From positions 599 through 32,598 of the forward strand of contig RGZA01000003.1 in assembly GCA_010031785.1 (NCBI GenBank): DNA of 32,000 nucleotides, in the 5' to 3' direction. A program made the translations under genes and the position numbers. Source of the stretch: Alphaproteobacteria bacterium. GTDB taxonomy: Bacteria > Pseudomonadota > Alphaproteobacteria > UBA9219 > RGZA01. Below, piece by piece: positions 7,997 through 16,873 of this stretch; within the stretch, counting starts at the first letter, position 1; every line of letters starts with the position of its first letter. The notes under the pieces are model-generated. The model saw only the letters and a program-made list of their open reading frames with translations, searched no databases and was not told where the DNA came from.

Positions 7997-9685
7997 TTAT
8001 GCCGTTAAGTGTATTTCAGGCAGGCGAATGATCAGTTGCGTGCCCTTATGCATTTCTGAGCGCAATTCGGCTTGGCCATTTAAACGCAAAACCGCCTGAT
8101 ACACCGCCGACATGCCTGCCCCGCGCCCTGACAGCATGCTGACTTCATCGCGCGTTGATACATCATGCGTTAGCAGATGCTGAATAATATGCTGGTCATC
8201 ATCAAAGCGCCAGTTCCCTTCCGGATCTGCGCTGGCTAGTTTTTGACGCACACGGTTCGGGTCAATCCCTGCGCCATCATCGGCGATGGTAATTTCAATC
8301 CACTTGCGTCCATTATCGATGATGGATTTCACAGAAATGGTTACCTGGCCATACGCATCCTTGCCCTTGGCCATACGCGTAATGGGCGATTCAATTCCAT
8401 GATCAATAATGTTGTGCACCACATGGGTGAATGACATCAGCAAATATTGTAACGGCTTGGCAGGCATGCGTAAGGCTTCACCTTTAAAGATAATCGGCTT
8501 GATTTTCTTTTCGAGTTTTTCCGCAATGGGCTGCATCTGGCGATCAAGCGATTTGAGCAAGGTAAAGAGCGGCACAGATAACAGGTTGCTCTGATAGGCA
8601 TAATAAATATGCGGTGCGACGTTATTCTGCTTAAGTAATTCACCAAACTGATAGAGCGATTCTTCATCCACTTCCACAATGCCCTGAATGCGCCCATCTT
8701 CGTCACCTAGGATAGGGCGTAAGGCCTTTTGAATACGGCCAAATTCCAGTTGAACATCGGCGCGGTGTTGCGCAAGCTTTTCCTGAACAGCGTCGGTAAT
8801 AACATGCACATCGCCAAGCTGTACATCGCGCAAAGTGCTTTCGAGTTCATGAAGCTTCTCACCAAGTGCTTCCATCTTGAAATGCATCGCTGCACCTTTG
8901 ATGGTATGAACGTCGCGGAAAAATTCTGCGCTGGCCAGGCTTGAATCCACACGCACCAGCCGGTCAATGATCAGTTTTATCTCGCTCAGGATCAGCATGA
9001 AGCTTTGCTTCTCTGCAAAGATCGAGCAGACCATCGCAACAAACTGGCGTTCACTATCCGCGCGCTTTTGCGCTTCTTTTTCTTGGGTTTTGTCGGTTGC
9101 AATTAACACAATACACAGCAGATGACCCTGCTTGTCGCGTACCGGACGGTAGGTAAGTTCTGCAATACGGCCATTATCCTGCACGAGTTGATCAGGAAGG
9201 AAGCGCGCCGCATCTTCAAAACTAAGCGCATGATCGGGCATAAACAAAATGCCCAGCCATTCATAAAAATCGGCATGATCGGCTGACGCAATTTTCAATA
9301 AATCGGTGATATTTTTTCCGGCAATGTCATCACAGTGCAAGAGCAGACGAGAAGCCTGCGAATAGGCCGGACCACAAATCCCCTTACTATCAAAGGTAAG
9401 AAACCCCTGCCCAAGGCTATTCATAAGCACATCACTAAGACGCGCATGCTCAAGCACAATTCTGTGCGCACGCACATTCATACGATAGAGATAGGCAATG
9501 CCAATGCACACCACCAGCGTAATTACCAATGCCACTTCACCAGAACGCATCGGATTAAAGCCATAGGCTGGCAACAACAATCCTACCATCAACAGCAATG
9601 CCATGAGTGACAGGCCGCCAAGTGTCGTATGGATAATTTCTACTTGCTTCAGAGTTTGCTGTGCAGAAGGTTTTGCAGTGCTCAT
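7997..9685 (-). CDS. membrane-anchored PAS / HPt / CheA-type HATPase histidine kinase (no CheW-like P5 domain)
   Basis: 562 aa. Two N-terminal TM helices and a PAS-like segment (LGQGFLTFDSKG...LLCIVLIATDKT). HPt motif FFRDVHTIKGAA. CheA-type N box HVVHNIIDHGIE, G1 DDGAGID and G2 GRGAGM. The protein ends right after the ATPase domain. Confidence 0.8.
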   Translation of the reverse strand: MSTAKPSAQQTLKQVEIIHTTLGGLSLMALLLMVGLLLPAYGFNPMRSGEVALVITLVVCIGIAYLYRMNVRAHRIVLEHARLSDVLMNSLGQGFLTFDSKGICGPAYSQASRLLLHCDDIAGKNITDLLKIASADHADFYEWLGILFMPDHALSFEDAARFLPDQLVQDNGRIAELTYRPVRDKQGHLLCIVLIATDKTQEKEAQKRADSERQFVAMVCSIFAEKQSFMLILSEIKLIIDRLVRVDSSLASAEFFRDVHTIKGAAMHFKMEALGEKLHELESTLRDVQLGDVHVITDAVQEKLAQHRADVQLEFGRIQKALRPILGDEDGRIQGIVEVDEESLYQFGELLKQNNVAPHIYYAYQSNLLSVPLFTLLKSLDRQMQPIAEKLEKKIKPIIFKGEALRMPAKPLQYLLMSFTHVVHNIIDHGIESPITRMAKGKDAYGQVTISVKSIIDNGRKWIEITIADDGAGIDPNRVRQKLASADPEGNWRFDDDQHIIQHLLTHDVSTRDEVSMLSGRGAGMSAVYQAVLRLNGQAELRSEMHKGTQLIIRLPEIHLTA

Positions 9686-10197
9686 TTCATGCTCCCATGA
9701 AGCGCGACATGAATTTGAAAGACACTGCCTTCAAGTTCAAAATGCATCAGCATGTAGCGGCCTTCATGCATCTGTGAAATAAAATGCCCGCCGCCCAATA
9801 TGACACTTGGCATACCAAAGCGCAGATGATGGCCGCGCTGGTTCAGCGCTGTCTTGATCTGCCCGAAAATCATATTGGTGATTTCGCCCACGGCATCCAT
9901 CGCCACATCCTGGGTGATTTCAATGCCATCGCCAAGCAAGCGTGGCAGAATTTTATTCATTACGGTGATATTGAAACAGGCGGTTAGCGTGCCTTCAAGT
10001 TTTTCCTGTATAAAGCCAACCACGCCGTATACATCGCCGGTTAAGCTTACCGATCCCTCGCCAATGACATAGCGGCCAGCTTTGACAGGAACATCAAAAG
10101 TTTTTCCAAAGGCCTCGCTGACTGCAAAGGTAAAATCCTGCGCAAGCTGATCACCCAGTGAAAGGGCAAGCGGTTTTGATGCAAGGGCGGCTGTCAT
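9682..10197 (-). CDS. CheX/CheC-family CheY-P phosphatase-like protein
   Basis: 171 aa. The CheC/CheX/FliY signature D-x3-E-x2-N-x21-P is present (DAVGEITNMIFGQIKTALNQRGHHLRFGMP). The stop overlaps the kinase start (ATGA). Confidence 0.7.
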   Translation of the reverse strand: MTAALASKPLALSLGDQLAQDFTFAVSEAFGKTFDVPVKAGRYVIGEGSVSLTGDVYGVVGFIQEKLEGTLTACFNITVMNKILPRLLGDGIEITQDVAMDAVGEITNMIFGQIKTALNQRGHHLRFGMPSVILGGGHFISQMHEGRYMLMHFELEGSVFQIHVALHGSMK

Positions 10198-10204
10198 ATA
10201 AGGC

Positions 10205-10630
10205 CTATGTCTTTGCCATGCGGCGGTTTTTCAGCCAATCCATTACTTCACGGATTTTCTTGTTAAGCTCAATCGGCGCAATCGGCTTCAGGATATAGGA
10301 CGTTGCGCCCATCTTGATGGCCTTCATGATATTTTGTTTTTCAGATTCCGCAGTGAACATGACAATCGCGGTGTTCTGGTACTGCGGTTTGGTGCGGATA
10401 TAGGCCAGCACATCAATGCCCGACATTTGCGGCATATTCCAATCAAGGAAAATAATGTCATAGAGATTTTTATTGGCGAGCGACGTAGTGATCGCCTCGA
10501 CCGCTTCAGTGCCATCATTGGCAAGATCTATATTCTGAAACCCTGAATCAACAAGGGTGCGTTTTACAAATTGCCGGATGAGAAAATGATCATCCGCAAT
10601 TAATATTTTTGACTGTAGATCAAGCGACAC
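10205..10630 (-). CDS. single-domain CheY-like response regulator
   Basis: 141 aa with a GTG start (GAGGA upstream). Acidic pocket ILIADD, phospho-acceptor context IIFLDWNMPQMSG, then MFTAE and YILKP. No output domain. Confidence 0.85.
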   Translation of the reverse strand: MSLDLQSKILIADDHFLIRQFVKRTLVDSGFQNIDLANDGTEAVEAITTSLANKNLYDIIFLDWNMPQMSGIDVLAYIRTKPQYQNTAIVMFTAESEKQNIMKAIKMGATSYILKPIAPIELNKKIREVMDWLKNRRMAKT

Positions 10631-10783
10631 GGCAAACCATCCTCAACAGTAAATGATAGAAAATACATATAATTGAGCCATACTCTTGTGCCATGAAAGG
10701 ATTGACATGAGGTTAAGGATGGCTTTGTATGAAAAACTTATTAATACTCAATCGTTTCTGCACTCTAATGAACCCGTGAAATC

Positions 10784-12013
10784 ATGCTTCAAGACTCCAG
10801 CAAAACATTAAGTCCATTTGTGATCATGACAATCCTGGTCACAACGCTTGGCTATTTTGTGGATGTGTATGACATATTTGTTTTCTCCGCCAGTCGAATG
10901 ACATCGCTGAAAGAAATTGGTGTTCCACCTGAGAAAATTATGGATAGCGGCATCTTCCTTCTCAACTTGCAAATGGTTGGCATGCTGATCGGTGGAGTAG
11001 TGTTTGGAATGGCAGGCGATAAATTGGGTCGCTCACGTGTCATGATGATTTCTATTTTGACCTACGCGCTTTCTACGCTTGCCAATGCTTTTGTTACAAA
11101 TATAGAAACATTTGCTGTGCTGCGTTTTCTTTCCGGCTTTGGTTTATCCGGAGAACTTGGGCTTGGCGCAACATTGATCTCGGAAATTTTATCCAAGGAA
11201 AAACGTGGCCTTGGCGTAGGCATCATGGTGTCCTTTGGCGTAACAGGCGCAGTAGTTGCAGGGATCATGGCGCAACTCTTTGATTGGCGCATATGCTATA
11301 TTATTGGCGGCGTGATGGGATTACTTCTGCTTGTTTTTCGCATGAAGATGATTGAATCCGGCATATTCAAAAACATCCCTGAACACGCAGAAAAAGGCAA
11401 TATTATGCTGCTTTTTAAAAGCCGCGAACGCTTCATGCGCTTCTTCTGGTGCGTGACCCTTGGGCTGCCTACATGGTTCGTGGTTGGAATTCTTATGACC
11501 TTTGCGCCAGAGATTTTGCCGAGCGCAAACCTTCCTGTTATCCCAACGGCTGTGTTGATGGTCTATTGCTATGGGGTAATGCCCCTTGGTGATCTCTCAA
11601 GCATTATACTGTGCCAGCTTTTCAAAAAACGTCAGCCAGTGATTGTATTGTTTATCATCCTGTCCATTATCGGGCCCCTTGCGATGTTATATCTGCCACG
11701 TCCCTTAAGCGAACTGGATGTAAAACTTCTTTTCTCCTTCACATGTTTTGGCGCAGGTGCGTGGGTGTTGATGTGCATGGTCTCGGCGGAAAGTTTTGGA
11801 ACGAACTTGCGCGCAACAGTTACAACCACAGTTCCTAATTTTGCCAGAGGATCTGTTATTCTGATGACGATGTTGTTGAGTGCATTAAAAGCACACATGC
11901 CCTTGCTCGATGCCGTGATGATTGTGGGCGCGGTTGCGTTTATTCTGCCGCTGATTGCGCTAACGCAATTGCCGGAAACCTTCGGCAGATCGCTTGAATA
12001 TCTTGAAAAGTAA
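10784..12013 (+). CDS. MFS transporter
   Basis: 409 aa with about 12 hydrophobic segments. MFS motif A-like GDKLGRSRVMM between TM2 and TM3. LSGFGLSGELG and SKEKRGLG blocks. Confidence 0.8.
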   Translation: MLQDSSKTLSPFVIMTILVTTLGYFVDVYDIFVFSASRMTSLKEIGVPPEKIMDSGIFLLNLQMVGMLIGGVVFGMAGDKLGRSRVMMISILTYALSTLANAFVTNIETFAVLRFLSGFGLSGELGLGATLISEILSKEKRGLGVGIMVSFGVTGAVVAGIMAQLFDWRICYIIGGVMGLLLLVFRMKMIESGIFKNIPEHAEKGNIMLLFKSRERFMRFFWCVTLGLPTWFVVGILMTFAPEILPSANLPVIPTAVLMVYCYGVMPLGDLSSIILCQLFKKRQPVIVLFIILSIIGPLAMLYLPRPLSELDVKLLFSFTCFGAGAWVLMCMVSAESFGTNLRATVTTTVPNFARGSVILMTMLLSALKAHMPLLDAVMIVGAVAFILPLIALTQLPETFGRSLEYLEK

Positions 12014-12103
12014 GCTTGCGCTGCGCGCATGAGCCTGTGTGAGCTGCACTTCGTGCAAGAGTTTCTCACGGCCGAAGGCCGCCTCACCTTGCCTCACAAA
12101 GGC

Positions 12104-12769
12104 TTATATGAGATTCAAAACCTTTTTTATTTCCGCATGCACTGCGTCCATCTCACCCATGCCATCAACCTGCAGCAAAATACCCTGGTTACGGTAATAA
12201 GGAATAATCGGCGCAGTTTGCGCATGATAAGCCTGAAGCCGCGTTGTCATGGTTTCTGCATTATCATCCGGGCGGCGAATGAACTCATGGCCATGACATT
12301 TGTTGCATTCACCTGCTTTTTCAAGAGGCTTGAAACTGTCATGATAACCTTCACCGCATTTGGTGCAGGTAAAGCGACCCGATACACGCTCAACCAGCGC
12401 AGCATCATCAACCTTCATTTCCACAACAGCTTTTAATTTCAAATCTCGTTTTTGCAGCATGGCATCCAATGCCTGCGCTTGCGGAACTGTGCGCGGAAAA
12501 CCATCAAGGATAAATCCTTTTTTGGCTTCGGGCTTTTGCATCCATTCCTCGATCAGACGAATGATCAGATCATCCGGAACAAGCTTACCCGCATCCATAT
12601 AGGTTTTTGCTTCACGGCCCAATGCGGTGCCAGCTTTTACGGCCGCACGCAATACATCGCCGGTTGAAAGCTGGGTCATGCCATACTGTTCTTCAAGGCG
12701 ACGTGCTTGTGTTCCTTTACCAGCGCCAGGAGGGCCCAAAAGAATAATCGGTTCAGCAGCTGGATTCAT
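12104..12769 (-). CDS. adk: adenylate kinase (Cys4 zinc-type LID)
   Basis: P-loop GPPGAGKGTQ, LSTGDVLR and GFILDGFPRT. The LID carries CTKC...CNKC. The start overlaps the secY stop by 1 nt. Confidence 0.95.
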   Translation of the reverse strand: MNPAAEPIILLGPPGAGKGTQARRLEEQYGMTQLSTGDVLRAAVKAGTALGREAKTYMDAGKLVPDDLIIRLIEEWMQKPEAKKGFILDGFPRTVPQAQALDAMLQKRDLKLKAVVEMKVDDAALVERVSGRFTCTKCGEGYHDSFKPLEKAGECNKCHGHEFIRRPDDNAETMTTRLQAYHAQTAPIIPYYRNQGILLQVDGMGEMDAVHAEIKKVLNLI

Positions 12770-14118
12770 TAACGGTCACGCTTTCCTTTAAGATTGGCCT
12801 TCTTGATCAGGCCTTCATATTGATGCGCCAAAAGTTGTGATTGAATACGTGCAACCGTATCCATCGTTACTGACACAACGATCAGTAAGCTGGTGCCACC
12901 AAAATAAAATGGGATGGAGAATTCTGCTGTCAGGAATTCTGGCAGCAAGCACACAATCGCCATATAGATTGCGCCAAGAACCGTAAGGCGCGTTAAGATA
13001 TGGTCAAGGTAATCAGCAGTATTATTACCCGGGCGAATACCCGGAATAAATCCACCATATTTCTTGAGATTATCCGCTGTATCCTTTGGATTAAACACAA
13101 CCGCTGTATAGAAAAAACTGAAGAAAATAATTAGCGCTGCATAAAGGAACATGAATAAAGGGCTACCATGACCCAGATGCTGTGAAATCCACTGCGCCCA
13201 AGGTGATGACGCATCAGCACCCAAAAAACCAATGGCAGTTAGTGGTAACAGCAACAGGGAGCTTGAGAAAATCGCCGGAATAACGCCCGATGAGTTGAGC
13301 TTTAATGGCAAATGGCTTGCTTCACCGCCATACACCTTATTGCCAACCTGACGTTTTGGATATTGTACCAGAACGCGGCGCTGCGCGCGTTCCATAAACA
13401 CAACAAAGAAAATCACCGCAAAAATCATCGCGATTAACAGGATGATTGTACCGGCTGAAAGTGCGCCCGTGCGACCCAGCTCCAATGCATTGGCAATTGA
13501 GAACGGAATGCCCGCAACAATGCTTGAGAAAATAATCAGCGAGGTGCCATTACCAATACCGCGACTGGTAATTTGTTCGCCAAGCCACATCAGGAACATC
13601 GTGCCTGCCGTCAAGGTAACGGTGGTGGTTAAACGGAAGAGTAATCCTGGCTCAATCACTGCTGGTCCTGATGGCCCCATCATATGTTCAAGGCCTGTTG
13701 CCAGCGCATAAGATTGTATAAGCGCAAGGAACACGGTCAGATAACGCGTATATTGGTTGAGCTTGCCACGGCCAGCTTCGCCTTCTTTCTTCATCGCTTC
13801 CAGTTGGGGAACAACGGCTGTCATCAACTGCACGATAATCGATGATGAAATGTAAGGCATGATGCTGAGCGCGAAAATGGTCATACGGCTCAGAGCACCG
13901 CCGGAGAAAATATCAACCATGCCAAGGACGCCGCGCGATTGCTGCTGGAAGAATTCTTCTAATACAACAGGATCAATGCCCGGCACGGGGATATAGGTGC
14001 CAAGGCGATATACAACCAACGCAAGCAAGGTAAAGATAATGCGTTGTTTAAGTTCGGTTGCCTTGCCAAAAGCTCCAAAATTAATGTTAGAGGCAAGTTG
14101 CTCTGCGGCGGAAGCCAT
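12769..14118 (-). CDS. secY: preprotein translocase subunit SecY
   Basis: 449 aa with 10 TM segments. FALSIMPYISSSIIVQLM, GEQITSRGIGNGTSLIIF and KKYGGFIPGIRPG are canonical SecY blocks. Confidence 0.95.
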   Translation of the reverse strand: MASAAEQLASNINFGAFGKATELKQRIIFTLLALVVYRLGTYIPVPGIDPVVLEEFFQQQSRGVLGMVDIFSGGALSRMTIFALSIMPYISSSIIVQLMTAVVPQLEAMKKEGEAGRGKLNQYTRYLTVFLALIQSYALATGLEHMMGPSGPAVIEPGLLFRLTTTVTLTAGTMFLMWLGEQITSRGIGNGTSLIIFSSIVAGIPFSIANALELGRTGALSAGTIILLIAMIFAVIFFVVFMERAQRRVLVQYPKRQVGNKVYGGEASHLPLKLNSSGVIPAIFSSSLLLLPLTAIGFLGADASSPWAQWISQHLGHGSPLFMFLYAALIIFFSFFYTAVVFNPKDTADNLKKYGGFIPGIRPGNNTADYLDHILTRLTVLGAIYMAIVCLLPEFLTAEFSIPFYFGGTSLLIVVSVTMDTVARIQSQLLAHQYEGLIKKANLKGKRDR

Positions 14119-14220
14119 GCGTGACCCTTAATTGAGAAAGAGATGATGAAAGAGACAGATAGGGTTTATCCTGAACGGATAAGAATTTCCAGTATTATCG
14201 ACCAGTAATCGAATAGTATT

Positions 14221-14261
14221 TAAAATGAAAATACCGGCTCCATATTATTTGGGCCGGTATT
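14221..14261 (-). terminator. intrinsic terminator/attenuator-like hairpin between rplO and secY
   Basis: The minus-strand RNA reads AAUACCGGCCC-(10 nt loop)-GAGCCGGUAUU followed by UUCAUUUUA. The stem is 9 bp perfect, or 11 bp with one G.U pair. It lies about 60 nt after the rplO stop in a 202-bp spacer. Confidence 0.4.
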
Positions 14262-14320
14262 CCATAATCATTATGATTTTATTTTGCAGTGCAGTATTTG
14301 CTGGGCAGTAAGTGTGACGA

Positions 14321-14809
14321 TTAAGCCGCTGCTGCTTCTGCACCAACAATCGTCACTTTGCCGCCGAGCTTTTCAACCGCAGCAACAGCCGCAGCCGATG
14401 CGCGTGAAACACTGATGGTGATCTTGGTCTTGATCTCGCCCTTGGCAAGGAGGCTTACGCCGCCCTTTGCATTGGTCACAACACCCGAAAGGATCATCAT
14501 TTCTTCAGTGATGGTTTCTTTCGCATTCAAACGACCAGCATCCAGTGCTTCTTGCAGACGGCCAAGATTCATAACCGCATAGTGAATAGCATTTGGGTTA
14601 TTGAAACCACGCTTTGGCATACGGCGGTAAAGGGGCATCTGGCCACCTTCAAACGCTTTCAGACGTACGCCTGAACGTGCCTTTTGTCCCTTAACACCGC
14701 GACCCGACGTCTTGCCTTGTGCTGAGCCAATACCACGGCCAACAATCATTGGGCGTTTGCGTGCGCCTTCGTTATCACGAATTTCATTTAGTTTAATAGG
14801 CAGTTTCAT
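14321..14809 (-). CDS. rplO: 50S ribosomal protein L15
   Basis: GRGIGSAQGKTSGRGVKGQKARSG...FEGGQMPLYRRMPKRGF is a canonical L15 sequence. Confidence 0.95.
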   Translation of the reverse strand: MKLPIKLNEIRDNEGARKRPMIVGRGIGSAQGKTSGRGVKGQKARSGVRLKAFEGGQMPLYRRMPKRGFNNPNAIHYAVMNLGRLQEALDAGRLNAKETITEEMMILSGVVTNAKGGVSLLAKGEIKTKITISVSRASAAAVAAVEKLGGKVTIVGAEAAAA

Positions 14810-14812
14810 AGT

Positions 14813-15424
14813 TTACTCCTCTTTCGCGGATTCTTTTGATGCATCTGCATCAAGCTTGCCGCCATATTCTTTTTGCTTGCCAACAATATCGCTAACTTTT
14901 TTACCGCGACGGTTTGCAACCTGACGTGGGCTAACGGTATTTTTCAATGCTTCCAGCGTTGCCAAAATCATGTTGTGCGGGTTGGATGAACCAACCGACT
15001 TTGAAATCACGTCTTGTACGCCAAGCGCTTCGAATACGGCACGCATCGGGCCGCCGGAAATGATACCGGTACCAGGAGGCGCTGTACGCAATACAACTTT
15101 ACCTGCGCCGTAATGGCCATACACATCGTGATGGATGGTGCGGCCTTCACGCAATGGAATGCGCATCATGTTGCGCTTTGCGCCTTCGGTTGCTTTTTTA
15201 ACAGCATCAGGAACTTCGCGTGCCTTTGCGTGAGCAAAACCAATGCGACCTTTTTGATCGCCAACAACCATAAGTGCAGAGAAACCAAAACGCTTACCGC
15301 CTTTTACCACTTTGGCAACGCGGATAACGGCAACCAGTTTTTCAACAAACGGGTTTTCACCCTGATCGTTGTTGCGGTTGTCAGAACGTTTGTCGTCTTC
15401 TTGTTTTTTAGGACGTTGAGCCAT
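14813..15424 (-). CDS. rpsE: 30S ribosomal protein S5 (with charged N- and C-terminal extensions)
   Basis: [46 protein letters not shown]...[13 protein letters not shown] is a canonical S5 core. Confidence 0.95.
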   Translation of the reverse strand: MAQRPKKQEDDKRSDNRNNDQGENPFVEKLVAVIRVAKVVKGGKRFGFSALMVVGDQKGRIGFAHAKAREVPDAVKKATEGAKRNMMRIPLREGRTIHHDVYGHYGAGKVVLRTAPPGTGIISGGPMRAVFEALGVQDVISKSVGSSNPHNMILATLEALKNTVSPRQVANRRGKKVSDIVGKQKEYGGKLDADASKESAKEE

Positions 15425-15457
15425 ATTGTTTCCTATGTGTATTTCCTGTTGTTCTTA

Positions 15458-15829
15458 TTAGAATTCTAATCCGCCTTCGCGTGCACCTTCGGCCAATGCT
15501 TTTACACGGCCATGATACATATAACCTGAACGGTCAAACGCAACTTGCTTGATACCTTTTTTGATTGCGCGTTCTGCAAGCAATTTGCCAACAGCAACCG
15601 CAGCGTCTTTATTCGCAGTGCTCTTTAAGCCTTTGCGCAGATCCTTATCAAGGGTCGATGCCATCGCAATGGTTACGTCCTTGGTGTCATCAATGATCTG
15701 AGCAAACATATGTTTGCTGGAGCGGAAAATCGACAAGCGCAGACGGCCCTTACCGGTTTCGGTCAGGCGTGCAAGGCGCGTTCTAACGCGCTGCTTACGA
15801 CGGGCAAATTTGTCTTTGTTACTTAACAT
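15458..15829 (-). CDS. rplR: 50S ribosomal protein L18
   Basis: [18 protein letters not shown]...[26 protein letters not shown] is a canonical L18 sequence. Confidence 0.95.
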   Translation of the reverse strand: MLSNKDKFARRKQRVRTRLARLTETGKGRLRLSIFRSSKHMFAQIIDDTKDVTIAMASTLDKDLRKGLKSTANKDAAVAVGKLLAERAIKKGIKQVAFDRSGYMYHGRVKALAEGAREGGLEF

Positions 15830-15887
15830 GGGTAGCTCCTACTTTACTCTTGCTTTGCGCTATGTTTTTTGCACAGCTGCTTAGGTA

Positions 15888-16421
15888 TTATTTTTTCTTG
15901 CCTTCTTTACGCTGAATCTTTTCGCCTTGATAGCGAATGCCCTTGCCCTTGTAAGGCTCAGGACGCTTATAGCCACGGATAACCGCTGCTACTTGTCCAA
16001 CATGTTGCTTATCAATACCAGTGATCGACAACAGGGTTGGCTTTTCAGCTTTAATCGTGATGCCTTCTGGAATTGGGAATTTCACTTCATGGCTGAAGCC
16101 GATGTTCAGGATCAGATCCTTGCCCTGAACGGCAGCCTTGAAACCAACGCCTTCGATTTCCAATATTTTCTTGAAACCAGCCGATACACCTTCAACCATG
16201 CTTGCAAGCAGATTGCGTGATGTCGCCCAAATCATACGGGTTTGGCGTGTTTCATCGCGTGGCTGTAACACCACCTTGCTATCTTCAAGCTTCACTTCAA
16301 CATCGCTATTAACAGTGATGTTGAGCGTGCCAAGCTTGCCTTTTACAGCAACCGCTTGTCCTTTGATTTCAACCGTCACACCGGACGGTAATACTACTGG
16401 TTTCTGACCTACGCGTGACAT
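15888..16421 (-). CDS. rplF: 50S ribosomal protein L6
   Basis: MSRVGQKPVVLPSGVTVEI...GFSHEV...YKGKGIRYQGE is a canonical L6 sequence. Confidence 0.95.
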   Translation of the reverse strand: MSRVGQKPVVLPSGVTVEIKGQAVAVKGKLGTLNITVNSDVEVKLEDSKVVLQPRDETRQTRMIWATSRNLLASMVEGVSAGFKKILEIEGVGFKAAVQGKDLILNIGFSHEVKFPIPEGITIKAEKPTLLSITGIDKQHVGQVAAVIRGYKRPEPYKGKGIRYQGEKIQRKEGKKK

Positions 16422-16456
16422 GTTACTTCCTCACTAATAGCCTTCTGGGCAAATCC

Positions 16457-16855
16457 TTAGAATACGCGGCAAAGAACTTCACCACCCACATGGGCAGCGC
16501 GAGCTTCATTATCCGACATCACACCTTGCGGCGTTGACAAAATGGAAATGCCAAGACCGTTATAAACGCGTGGCAAATCTTTAATACGTGCATAAACGCG
16601 GCGACCCGGTGTTGACACGCGGTCAATACGGCGGATAGCAGGTTGGCCTTCGTGATATTTCAATTCGATAATCAACGAGCTTTTACCATTGCCACGTTCT
16701 TCTTCGCTAAAGGTACGGATGTAGCCTTCACGTTGCAGAACTTCGAGTACGTGCTTACGGAATACGGAGTGAGGGCTTTCAACTGTTGCCAGTTTTGCCA
16801 TCTGTCCGTTACGTATGCGGGTGAGCATATCACCGATTGGATCTGTCATCGTCAT
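16457..16855 (-). CDS. rpsH: 30S ribosomal protein S8
   Basis: MTDPIGDMLTRIRNGQMA...STPQGVMSDNEARAAHVGGEVLCRVF is a canonical S8 sequence. Confidence 0.95.
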   Translation of the reverse strand: MTMTDPIGDMLTRIRNGQMAKLATVESPHSVFRKHVLEVLQREGYIRTFSEEERGNGKSSLIIELKYHEGQPAIRRIDRVSTPGRRVYARIKDLPRVYNGLGISILSTPQGVMSDNEARAAHVGGEVLCRVF

Positions 16856-16873
16856 GATGCTTGCTTTCCTTCC

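Noticed and set aside
10631-10783. Divergent promoters between the cheY-like gene and the MFS gene
   Set aside because: A TTGACA hexamer is present (plus strand, about 10704), but the spacing to any -10-like hexamer is about 20 nt. No candidate on either strand met reasonable spacing and consensus.
11632-12436. ORFs 11632-12087 (-) and 12029-12436 (+) bridging the MFS/adk convergent junction
   Set aside because: They are antisense to the MFS transporter and to adk respectively, with no motifs. The 90-bp convergent spacer contains only short GC hairpins (tgcac-ttc-gtgca, cggcc-gaa-ggccg) without U-tracts, so I did not call terminators.
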